NCBI GenBank assembly: GCA_963702205.1
Contig: OY969724.1
Span: 3,104,001 to 3,168,000 of the forward strand
DNA length: 64,000 nucleotides
Reading direction: 5' to 3'
DNA from: an uncultured candidate division Zixibacteria bacterium
GTDB taxonomy: Bacteria > Zixibacteria > MSB-5A5 > GN15 > PGXB01
Each line of letters starts with the position of its first letter. The first letter of the stretch is position 1. Below are positions 21,315 through 30,342 of this stretch, piece by piece. The notes beneath the pieces were generated by a model. That model ran no database searches, was not told the origin of the DNA, and saw only the letters and a program-made list of their open reading frames with translations. The translations under genes and the position numbers were made by a program.

Positions 21315-21625
21315 TTGTCGCCTTCTTTCGTCATCGGAACTTCTTTTAAGGCTCCCTTTGAAATAAGTTCGTCAATTTGGACTTTTATTATTGTAGATAA
21401 CGATACCGCAACTTCAAAGGGCAAAAGTATTTCTTGAAAAACGATAAATTTTCCGTCTTCGGGCCGCATTTTACCAAACGATAAAAGCATCCCCCGTGGA
21501 AAAGAATTAAGTCTTACATAATCCGAATAGGCGTAATTTTTAACATCTTCATTGATGTATTCAAATTCAGGTTTAGCCATTTGTTTCGGATTGTCTTTTG
21601 CTTCTTTATTAGTCTTATTCGCCAT
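21311..21625 (-). CDS. DUF3467-like small protein
   Basis: YSDYVRLN...MLLSFG...ILLPFEVAVSL pattern; ATGA overlap with the next gene. Confidence 0.5.
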   Translation of the reverse strand: MANKTNKEAKDNPKQMAKPEFEYINEDVKNYAYSDYVRLNSFPRGMLLSFGKMRPEDGKFIVFQEILLPFEVAVSLSTIIKVQIDELISKGALKEVPMTKEGDK

Positions 21626-22031
21626 ATTCTCTATCTCGGCAAGACAAAATTAAAACTTTATTGCATTTATTATAACCATTCCTGGCCTTTTCTGGTTCAA
21701 AAATAAGAACTTTCCGAAGAAAAGCAAGGCATTTTATCTTGACAAGATAATCCGGTAACACGCCTCTTAGGGTGTAAAGAATGGACTAAGACAATAAAGT
21801 ATGTGTCGAACATGTTAATAATGGAAACCAATTATTGTCCGATTCTTCCCTTATGCTTATGATAGGCGAACTTGGTCGGACCGACGATTTTCTTTCGCAC
21901 CGGGACGATTTTTATGTGATTTTGCACACTTTCACGGTTGCTTTGCAAAAAAGTGCAATATTTGAACAACGACCTTCATACAAAATACGAATCTATGAAA
22001 TTAAATTGTTGTGTATAAGACACTTAGCTTG

Positions 22032-22049
22032 TCGGCACCACTTTTGCAT
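22032..22049 (+). promoter_or_regulatory. Sigma54 -24/-12 promoter
   Basis: CGGCACCACTTTTGCA (GG-N10-GC) upstream of the PEP-CTERM gene. Confidence 0.75.
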
Positions 22050-22114
22050 ACTTACGACTTGTTATATATTTATAAACGTGAAAATATAACTCACTTTGCA
22101 TAAGGGGAGACATT

Positions 22115-22732
22115 ATGAAGAAAAACATCCTGACGCTGGCTTTGGCAGCAATGCTTCTCATTCCGTCAGTGATGATGGCCAGCCCGACGATGTCCGAGAG
22201 TATCTTCACCAACTTCTTTTCTCTCGAAGACTTTCACACCTATGATTACGCTTCATGGGTTCATTTCAGCCATAACACCTTTTTCGGATCGGCTCCCGGA
22301 GCTTATATCGGCACCGGTTATGGTTACGACGATGAACTGAGCTGGGGCCACACCCTCCCGGCCGGATTGAGCGTGCCTCCCGACGTTATCACGCGCGCCC
22401 GGCTCTGGATCGATGGTGCTCAAATCGACAGCCACAACAACGAAGTAGCCATTGAAGGCGTTTTCGACTGGGATCCTCTCAATCATCATTTCCTCGATAA
22501 CAGCGTCTTCAACCTGACCAATATCGACACCCCCGGATTCTGGAATGATGGAATCCTGGACGTATCGATTTTTGCGGGTGAATGCAATCTGCGTATCGAC
22601 AATGCCGTTTTGATGCTCGACTACAGCTCAGGCGGCAATAACGTACCGGGTGCCGTGCCGGAACCGGCCACGCTGGCTTTGTTCGGACTGGGCATGCTCG
22701 GTATGGGCATACTCAGACGCAAAAAAGCATAA
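22115..22732 (+). CDS. PEP-CTERM sorting-domain surface protein
   Basis: Signal peptide; C-terminal VPEPATLALFGLGMLGMGILRRKKA. Confidence 0.95.
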   Translation: MKKNILTLALAAMLLIPSVMMASPTMSESIFTNFFSLEDFHTYDYASWVHFSHNTFFGSAPGAYIGTGYGYDDELSWGHTLPAGLSVPPDVITRARLWIDGAQIDSHNNEVAIEGVFDWDPLNHHFLDNSVFNLTNIDTPGFWNDGILDVSIFAGECNLRIDNAVLMLDYSSGGNNVPGAVPEPATLALFGLGMLGMGILRRKKA

Positions 22733-22791
22733 TTTATAAAATTTTTCGATAAGAACCGCCAGTGTCAAACCCTCATGATACGGCGGTTTTT

Positions 22792-23274
22792 TTATTTGGG
22801 GTATTTGCCGAATATTTTTAGGATGCCGCCGTGCAACCGGTGAATAAAATCGGTCTGCGGCAGAAACATGAAGGGGCACAAATCCGCAATCAGCACGACA
22901 CCGTTGGTGCGGCATATTTCGTCCAGATCAGAATATTTCTTTTGGCTCCCTCTGATTCCGTAAAGCCAGATACGTTTTATCCCGGCGTCAAGGCACTGCT
23001 CTGTCAGTTCGCGATATTTTTCCGGCGACGTCATTATTATGGCCCCACCGACCGGGTATTCTCCATAATCGACCTGCATGACATCGGCGATGCTTCTGTG
23101 ACACGGGAAGCCGTCGATTTGATCAGCGTTCGGGTTAACCGGGCAGACGTTATATTTGCGGTCGATCAGTTCGCGAAAAAGCGCCCGGCTGAAATGTTTG
23201 GGCTTCTGAGACAGCCCGACCAGCGCGATTCTTCGCTGGGCCAGGAATTTATATACATTTTCAAGATCGGTCAT
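22792..23274 (-). CDS. CoA-binding domain protein
   Basis: IALVGLS, PVNP, GIKRIW, CPFMFL. Confidence 0.85.
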   Translation of the reverse strand: MTDLENVYKFLAQRRIALVGLSQKPKHFSRALFRELIDRKYNVCPVNPNADQIDGFPCHRSIADVMQVDYGEYPVGGAIIMTSPEKYRELTEQCLDAGIKRIWLYGIRGSQKKYSDLDEICRTNGVVLIADLCPFMFLPQTDFIHRLHGGILKIFGKYPK

Positions 23275-23358
23275 GATATCTCCGTTTCGTTCGCATCTTC
23301 CCTTTACAGGTTTATTTAACGATGGACACCGACATTTGCAAACTATAATTTATACGCC

Positions 23359-24264
23359 ATGATTGAATTTCCGATAAGCGGCGTGGAAACGTGGTGGTGG
23401 CTGCCGATAATTGTGGCCTATTGCATATCGACGCTGGCATCGACGGGCGGGCTGTCCGGGGCCTTTATATTGTTGCCGTTTCAGGTCAGCATTCTCGGTT
23501 TTACCGGACCGGCCGTCACACCGACCAACCTGTTGTTCAATATCGTGGCAATACCGGGCGGGGTTTATCGCTTTTATCGCGAAAAAAGAATGCTTTGGCC
23601 TCTTTTATGGGCAACTGTACTGGGGGCATTTCCGGGTAATATTCTGGGAGCGATCATACGGGTTAAATACCTGCCGAATCCGTCGGCGTTCAAGTTCTTT
23701 GTCGGGCTGGTGCTGCTTTATATCGGCGTCCGGCTCGGTCTGGGCGTCTTTGATAAAGCGGGAAATCAATCGAAAGACATGAATGGATTAAAGGGACTTC
23801 TTATATACGAGGCCGCTATCACCGCTCGGAATATTTCATTCAATTTCGACGCGCAGAGCTACCGCGTCCCGACCGTATCGTTTTTCCTGATCAGCTTTTT
23901 TATAGGAATTGTCGGCTCGATTTACGGTATCGGTGGTGGGGCGCTGCTGGTACCGATTTTGGTGGTAGTCTTTCATTTGCCGGTTTATGCCATTTCCGGG
24001 GTCGCATTGGCCGGGACGTTCATCAATTCGGTTATCGGGGTAGTTATTTATATCGTGCTCGGGCAGTTTTATGGCCGGCCCGATCTCGTTATAACCCCCG
24101 ATTGGCTGCTGGGCTTGCTGTTTGGAATCGGCGGCCTGGCCGGGACCTATACCGGCGCGAGCCTTCAAAAATATATGCCGGTCCGGCTAATAAAGGGCAT
24201 TCTGACGGTTTGCCTGCTGTTTATCGCCGTCAAATATGTCTTGGGGTTTATAAGCGGCCTATAA
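23359..24264 (+). CDS. TauE/SafE (TSUP) family transporter
   Basis: GGLSGAFILLP, YGIGGGALLVP. Confidence 0.88.
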   Translation: MIEFPISGVETWWWLPIIVAYCISTLASTGGLSGAFILLPFQVSILGFTGPAVTPTNLLFNIVAIPGGVYRFYREKRMLWPLLWATVLGAFPGNILGAIIRVKYLPNPSAFKFFVGLVLLYIGVRLGLGVFDKAGNQSKDMNGLKGLLIYEAAITARNISFNFDAQSYRVPTVSFFLISFFIGIVGSIYGIGGGALLVPILVVVFHLPVYAISGVALAGTFINSVIGVVIYIVLGQFYGRPDLVITPDWLLGLLFGIGGLAGTYTGASLQKYMPVRLIKGILTVCLLFIAVKYVLGFISGL

Positions 24265-24330
24265 AGATATTTGACAGAAACGCCGGGTATGATATATATT
24301 TAAGCCATGACGCATAACTTTGAACAGAAG

Positions 24331-24430
24331 AAACTCCCGGTGAGGCGGGTCATCGAAACGGTGACGCTCGACTCCCGGTATCAGCCCGATAATGCGCCCG
24401 GTCTTCAGGACACCTGAGACCGTTTCATTT
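24331..24430 (+). ncRNA. Candidate structured 5' leader (possibly pan-motif-like)
   Basis: ACTCCCGGT twice, several hairpins, GAAACGGT/ACCGTTTC long-range pairing, TTGACA at 24271. Confidence 0.45.
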
Positions 24431-24485
24431 ATACATCCGCAAAAACAATTTGAACCGTAAGGTTCTTTACATACTGAGGTGAAAT

Positions 24486-26009
24486 ATGACCATGCAATTG
24501 AACGGCCATGACCTGACCATAGAAAAACTGGTCCAAATAGCCCGGCAGGGTGAAAAAGTCGAACTGGCGCCGGAGGCCGTGGAAAAAATAAATAAATGCC
24601 GGGCCATGCTGGAAAAGAAAATCGAGGCCGGAGAAATAATGTACGGCGTTAATACCGGAATCGGTGAATTTTCCGAAGTCGTCCTCAACGATGAACAGGT
24701 CCAGGAATTTCAGAAATATCTTATCTATAATCACAGCGCGGGAATCGGCGACCCGGCTCCGATCGAGTACGTCCGCGGGGCCATGGCGGCACGAGTCAAC
24801 GTGCACGCCCACGGGCAGTCCGGCTGCCGGCTGGAAATCACGCAGACGCTGGTCGACATGCTCAACAAGGGCGTGACGCCGTTTGTTTGCCAAAAAGGAT
24901 CGGTCGGTGCCTGCGGCGATCTGGCCCCGATGGCCCAGATTGCACTGTTGATGATGGGTGAAGGTAAAGCGTACTATGAGGGTGAATTGCTCGACGGCAA
25001 AGTTGCTCTCACCAAGGCCGGGATACCGGTGCCGGGTCTCAAGGCCCGCGACGGGCTGGCTACGATCAACGGTTCCAACGTCCTGACCGCCATGAGCGCG
25101 ATATTTTTATACGACGCCGAACGCTGGCTCAAGCAGGCCGAGATCGGGACGGCCATGTCTCTGGAAGCGCTCAAAGCCAACATGAAACCGTACGGCACCA
25201 AACTGCACGAGGCACGCGGTTTCAAGGGTGCAATCAGATCGGCCGCATCCATACGCAAGCTCGTCGCCGGAGGTGATCTCGCCGAAGGCCGGGTACCGTG
25301 CAAGGTGCAGGATGCCTATTCCATGCGTTCGACTCCGCAGGTAATCGGGGCGGCGCACGACGCTTTGGCGTACGCCCGTTCACAGGTCGAGATCGAACTT
25401 AACGGCGTCGGCGACAACCCCGTTTTCTTCCCCGATGAAAATCTCCAGCTCTCCGGGGCTAATTTTCAGGGAACACCGGTGGCGGTGCCGATGGATATGG
25501 CCGGGGCGTGCATTACTATGATCAGCGTCATGTCCGAACGGCGCATGAATCGCCTCAACAATCCGGCTTTGTCGGTCGGCCTGCCGCCGTTTCTGACCAA
25601 AGGCGCCGGTATGTTTTCCGGTTTGATGCTGTCACAGTACACCGCCGATGCGTTGATTGTCGAACAGAGAATATTATCCGCTCCGGCGTCGATTCAGTCC
25701 ATCCCCGCGGCGGCGGATCAGGAAGATTTCGTTTCGATGGGGATGACCACGGCCATCAAGAATTTTCAGATTCTGGACAACGCGTACGGCGTGCTCGGCA
25801 TCGAGATGATGGCGGCGGCACAGGCGCTGGATTTTCGCGATTATAATTTTGGCGACGGGGTCAAGAAAGCGTACGAAGTGGTTCGTCGGCACGTCGATTT
25901 TCTGGACGTGGACCGGCCGCTGTATCCCGATCATACAAAAATGAAACAACTGGTCAAGTCCTGCGAAGTACTGCAAGAGGTTGAGAAAGTCGTCGGCTCG
26001 CTCGGTTAA
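24486..26009 (+). CDS. MIO-dependent amino acid ammonia-lyase (HutH/PAL family) with Ala-Cys-Gly
   Basis: YGVNTGIG, GSVGACGDLAP, QDAYSMR, DNP, QEDFVSMG. Confidence 0.92.
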   Translation: MTMQLNGHDLTIEKLVQIARQGEKVELAPEAVEKINKCRAMLEKKIEAGEIMYGVNTGIGEFSEVVLNDEQVQEFQKYLIYNHSAGIGDPAPIEYVRGAMAARVNVHAHGQSGCRLEITQTLVDMLNKGVTPFVCQKGSVGACGDLAPMAQIALLMMGEGKAYYEGELLDGKVALTKAGIPVPGLKARDGLATINGSNVLTAMSAIFLYDAERWLKQAEIGTAMSLEALKANMKPYGTKLHEARGFKGAIRSAASIRKLVAGGDLAEGRVPCKVQDAYSMRSTPQVIGAAHDALAYARSQVEIELNGVGDNPVFFPDENLQLSGANFQGTPVAVPMDMAGACITMISVMSERRMNRLNNPALSVGLPPFLTKGAGMFSGLMLSQYTADALIVEQRILSAPASIQSIPAAADQEDFVSMGMTTAIKNFQILDNAYGVLGIEMMAAAQALDFRDYNFGDGVKKAYEVVRRHVDFLDVDRPLYPDHTKMKQLVKSCEVLQEVEKVVGSLG

Positions 26010-26018
26010 GGAGGAAAC

Positions 26019-26537
26019 ATGGAATTCAAAGTAATCTGGTTTGATCGCAAATTCAAATTCATACTGGAACCGGAGCAGTTTCCGGCGGTGGTCGAGCGCC
26101 TCCGCGCCACTCCCCCGGCGCTCGAAGAACTTGTCAGGAATATCCCGCAGGAGAAGCTGATATACAAACCTAATAACAAATGGTCGATTCAGGAAAACGT
26201 CGGGCATTTGATTACGGTCGAACGTCTGACCACCGGACGTATTGACGATTTTCTTCAGAGCCAAGAGCAGCTTCGCCCGGCCGACCTTTCAAATCAACTG
26301 ACGGAAGATTCCAACTTCAACGAACGTACTATGGAAAGCCTCCTGAAAGAATTCCGCGTCATGCGTGCCGAAGGGCTGGCCATGTTCGATAAAATGTCGG
26401 ACAGTGATGCCGAACTCGTATCGCGGCACCCGCGTCTCGACCAGCCGATGCGCCTGATCGATCATGCTTATTTCATCGCCGAGCACGACGTGCATCATAT
26501 GGCGGTGATTACGAGGTTGTTGAGGAAGCAATCGTAA
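26019..26537 (+). CDS. DinB family protein
   Basis: WSIQENVGHL, EHDVHH. Confidence 0.88.
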   Translation: MEFKVIWFDRKFKFILEPEQFPAVVERLRATPPALEELVRNIPQEKLIYKPNNKWSIQENVGHLITVERLTTGRIDDFLQSQEQLRPADLSNQLTEDSNFNERTMESLLKEFRVMRAEGLAMFDKMSDSDAELVSRHPRLDQPMRLIDHAYFIAEHDVHHMAVITRLLRKQS

Positions 26538-26600
26538 GGATATAGTGCATTTTATGCCTTGTCGGGAATGCTATCCCAAAGGTTTTTGCCGAAACGTAAG

Positions 26601-26820
26601 AGCGTCAGGAAATAGTTCCTGACGCGCTGAATCCGACCTACTTAGCCTTTAATGCGGCGCTCGGGCAGATGTGGACATCTGCCGCGCACAGTACCCGACC
26701 TCCCGGTGCCTTTATCGAAGATCAAAGATACATAATCTGAAACGTATGTCATGCCACAACCTGTAACGGATCTCATGATACTTTACAGTGGACATCTGCC
26801 GCGCACAGTACCCGACCTAC
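26601..26820. repeat. Palindromic intergenic repeats with a 31-bp direct repeat
   Basis: GTGGACATCTGCCGCGCACAGTACCCGACCT at 26671 and 26788. Confidence 0.75.
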
Positions 26821-26863
26821 TGGTGCTGTCGCGTAAAGTATTCAGATTCGGGAGAATATGTTA

Positions 26864-28846
26864 TTATTTAATAGTTTTGCTGCGCGAAAGCTGTATTGCC
26901 AGTTGAATGTACGAATTGGTACGGACCGCCATAGATTCGTATTTATTTTTCAGCGTGTCTTTCAGATTATGCTGTAAGTACGGTTGTTCATTAAGATCGT
27001 ACAAGTACTCTCCCGCCCCGGCCCAGTGGAAGTACAACATGGAATCTTCGACCATGCCGAATTTTTCGTCGGCGTCGATGACGGCAAAGCCGTTATCGCT
27101 GTCGGGCAGGTTTAAAATATCCCGTCCCCACCGCTGCGTATCGATCTTTTCACCGAGCAAACCGGCCAGAGTCGGTACGATATCGACCTGGCTGGCGATC
27201 TTGTTGACGACCTGAGATGAATCGCCGAACAGTGCCGGGGAATAAAGCAGCAGCGGGATGTGGAAGGTCGTCGGAGTCAGCGGGTATTTCGGCGTTTGAT
27301 GGGCACAATGATCGGCCGTTATGATGAAAATAGTACTGTCCATAACCCGGTCGTTTTTCAAGGCATCGAAAAGTCGCCCCAGTGACCAGTCGGTATAGTA
27401 GAAGGCATTGAGCAAACGGTCGTGCTCGTTGGACGGTTCAAACTTGACAAAGCGATCGTCGGGGACACGGTACGGTTCGTGGAAGCTGAGCGTGAACACG
27501 GTCAGGTTGAACGGACGCGGAAAAGAATCGACGCGTTCCGCCAGCGCCTCGAAAACATCGTGGTCGTCTACACCCCATTTATTGAGTGTCCTGCCGTGGA
27601 AGTCCGACTGGCTGTAGAATTTTCGATAGCCATGGGCCCGCAGGAATCCTTCGATATTATCAAACTGAATGTCTCCCCCATGCGCAAATATGGAAGTATA
27701 GTTGCGCCGGCTCAAAATCTCGGCGATGGATGTAAACGGCCGCCCGGCCGAGAACCGTTTCATGATCGACCGCCCGGGCAGCGCCGGATAAGAACAAAGC
27801 ACCGCCGGAATACCCCGGTTGCTGCGAATGCCGTTGGCATAGAAATTTTTGAAAAGAATGCCGTGTTTGGCGAGGCTGTCGAAACGCGGCGTGACACCAT
27901 ACTCGGCACCATACGTCCCAATATATTTTGCCGACCAGCTTTCCATAATGATAATGACGATATTGGGATTAAAATTCCAGCGAGGTCCGGATTGCGTGGA
28001 GGACAGTTCGAGTTCATTGGTCGAACAAATGTCCTGTAGACCAAGCATCTGCGAGACCGTCCGGCAGGCGGAAGCGGTATCGTAATAATGGTACTTACCG
28101 TTTTCCGGTTCGCTGACGTCACGTCCGGCCCGACGTTCTTCATAGATGGAGTTGGCCAACGTAAAGCAGCCGTTCAGCGCCAGTTGATTGGCGAACGAGT
28201 CGGAACTGAAAAAAGCCGCACCCCAGTCGAGGCCTTTCTGCCCCAGGCGGCCGCGTATACCGAACACGAGCAGGGCAATAAGAAACAAGTACGATACGAT
28301 TTCCGGGATAATCGCGGCCTTTAATTTGAACGATATGACTTTCCGTATGACCGCTTTGAGTGCCCATACGTAAACGGCAATAAAGAGCCCCGCTCCCAAA
28401 AGCGTAAACCAGAAACCGATATCAGTGTACAGGGTGTAGAACATCATGGAAGCGTCGTCGAGATATTCCACAGCCAGAAAATTCAGGCGGCTGCCGTAGG
28501 CTTCAAAAAACCTGAGCTCGGCCAGACTCAGCATAAATAGAAAGCCGAAAATGACGGACAGTGCTATGACATAAATTCTCCTGACCATTTTCTTATCGAA
28601 TGACATACCGGGGATCAACGAGACGACAACCAGCGGAAGCAGAATAATACTGATGATCTTGGCATCGAAGCGATAACCGATCCAGAAGGCGTGCAGTATA
28701 TCGACCAGGCTGCTGCTGGCGGCGATGCTGCGGAAATAGATCAGGAAGAACAGGCGCAGGACGGCGAAGAAGACGGCATTGAGCGCGAACACCGCGGCCC
28801 AAACCGCAAATTTGGATGAAATTAATGATTTAATCGTCCGGCGCAT
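26864..28846 (-). CDS. LTA synthase/sulfatase-family membrane protein
   Basis: 5 TM helices, IIIMESW, TLSFHEPY, ITADH. Confidence 0.9.
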   Translation of the reverse strand: MRRTIKSLISSKFAVWAAVFALNAVFFAVLRLFFLIYFRSIAASSSLVDILHAFWIGYRFDAKIISIILLPLVVVSLIPGMSFDKKMVRRIYVIALSVIFGFLFMLSLAELRFFEAYGSRLNFLAVEYLDDASMMFYTLYTDIGFWFTLLGAGLFIAVYVWALKAVIRKVISFKLKAAIIPEIVSYLFLIALLVFGIRGRLGQKGLDWGAAFFSSDSFANQLALNGCFTLANSIYEERRAGRDVSEPENGKYHYYDTASACRTVSQMLGLQDICSTNELELSSTQSGPRWNFNPNIVIIIMESWSAKYIGTYGAEYGVTPRFDSLAKHGILFKNFYANGIRSNRGIPAVLCSYPALPGRSIMKRFSAGRPFTSIAEILSRRNYTSIFAHGGDIQFDNIEGFLRAHGYRKFYSQSDFHGRTLNKWGVDDHDVFEALAERVDSFPRPFNLTVFTLSFHEPYRVPDDRFVKFEPSNEHDRLLNAFYYTDWSLGRLFDALKNDRVMDSTIFIITADHCAHQTPKYPLTPTTFHIPLLLYSPALFGDSSQVVNKIASQVDIVPTLAGLLGEKIDTQRWGRDILNLPDSDNGFAVIDADEKFGMVEDSMLYFHWAGAGEYLYDLNEQPYLQHNLKDTLKNKYESMAVRTNSYIQLAIQLSRSKTIK

Positions 28847-28942
28847 AATTTAACCAAATACGGCTGATTCGGTCGATTGCGCCAGATAAAAAGCAGAATT
28901 TAAACAAAACGCCGGACCCCGAATGCGGTCCGACCGGAAAGA

Positions 28943-29263
28943 TTAGATGTCTTCGACCGTAACGGCCGTGCCGTAGGCCAGAAGCTCGGCGGCCCCGGTC
29001 ATGATATATGAGGTCGAGAAGCGCACGCCGACAACGGCGTTGGCGCCAAGTTCGACTGCCTCGGTGACCATGCGGTCGATCGACTGTTCGCGGGTTTCGG
29101 CCAGCATCTTGGTATAGTCGGTTACTTCACCGCCGATAATATTGCGCAGCTGGGCCATGATATCGTGCCCGATATGCCGCGCCCGAACCGTATTGCCCCG
29201 CACCATCCCCAGGCTCTTGACGATCTTCTTGCCGGGAATATCATTGGTTGTACATACAATCAT
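28943..29263 (-). CDS. ybjQ: YbjQ/UPF0145 family protein
   Basis: GANAVVGVRF, AYGTAV. Confidence 0.92.
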   Translation of the reverse strand: MIVCTTNDIPGKKIVKSLGMVRGNTVRARHIGHDIMAQLRNIIGGEVTDYTKMLAETREQSIDRMVTEAVELGANAVVGVRFSTSYIMTGAAELLAYGTAVTVEDI

Positions 29264-29706
29264 CTTTTCACCTCGTGATATCTGTCGCGCTTATAGGCAA
29301 ACAGGTGTTCCCGGATAATGGAAACGAGCATGATAATCAGCCCCAACAGGCCCGCTCCCACGGCGACTTTCAGGATAATCGACGTTTGGGGATTCATAAA
29401 AAAATCGAGAAACAGGTAATAGCATCCGACCGCCGCAAAAAGGACGGCCGAAATCGACATCAGTATCCACCCGAAGCCCCGCTCCATTCGTTTGTATACC
29501 GACGCCCAATAGCCCTCCCAAACCGATTCGGGAATGTCCGCGTACTTCATAGCCCCGGTTATCTCCTTCAGTTTCTTGAACGTCTCGAGTTCTTTGCGCA
29601 GTTCGGGATCGCTTTTGAGATGACTCTCGAACAATATCATTTCGTCCTGAGTCAGCTCTCCGTCGACGTATCCCGACAGCATGACATTGATATTTTTCTC
29701 AGACAT
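29260..29706 (-). CDS. Membrane anti-sigma factor
   Basis: LSGYVDGEL...FESHL, 2 TM helices; coupled to the ECF sigma gene. Confidence 0.8.
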   Translation of the reverse strand: MSEKNINVMLSGYVDGELTQDEMILFESHLKSDPELRKELETFKKLKEITGAMKYADIPESVWEGYWASVYKRMERGFGWILMSISAVLFAAVGCYYLFLDFFMNPQTSIILKVAVGAGLLGLIIMLVSIIREHLFAYKRDRYHEVKR

Positions 29707-30280
29707 ATTTTGCCAACCTTTTCGCCAGTTTTTTACGGGCATAGTACAGCCGGGACATCACCGTGCCTTTCGGTATTTTCAGGAGGATGGCAATTTCGTC
29801 ATATGAGTATTCCTTGAAATGCTTGAGCATGATAATCTCGCGGTCCTCGAAATCGAGTTCCATCAGAGCCTGTTGGATATCGCGTATTTGCTCTTCTTTG
29901 ATCACGGCATCCTCGGGATTGGAATCCGCAACCAGCAGATATGCGGCATCATCGAGATTCATTTCCCGCGACTCCCTGTTTTTGCGGCGAGCCAGGCAGT
30001 CTTTGCAGAGGTTGACCACGATGGAATAAAACCAGGGGAAAAAGTCGCGGCCGCTCTCGAATTTCGGGGCCGACTTGAACACCCTGATAAAAGCTTCCTG
30101 TGAAATGTCAAAAGCCTCATCCTTATTCCCCACTATGCCTAAGGCCAAAAAATAGGCCCGTTTCTTATAGCGGTCCACCAATGCCTTCATAGCCTTTTTG
30201 TCGCCGTCGGCAATTAAAACCACCAACTCGGCGTCACCGGCTGTTTTGTCTTCCGATTTATATACCGCGATAAAAATCAT
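29699..30280 (-). CDS. ECF RNA polymerase sigma factor
   Basis: DISQEAFI, YDEIA..LKIPKGTVMSRLYYAR. Confidence 0.95.
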   Translation of the reverse strand: MIFIAVYKSEDKTAGDAELVVLIADGDKKAMKALVDRYKKRAYFLALGIVGNKDEAFDISQEAFIRVFKSAPKFESGRDFFPWFYSIVVNLCKDCLARRKNRESREMNLDDAAYLLVADSNPEDAVIKEEQIRDIQQALMELDFEDREIIMLKHFKEYSYDEIAILLKIPKGTVMSRLYYARKKLAKRLAKYV

Positions 30281-30342
30281 ATATTCAAATTAATTTGTAA
30301 TTTATTCTCAAGTGGCACAACAATATAAATAATTAAAATTCG

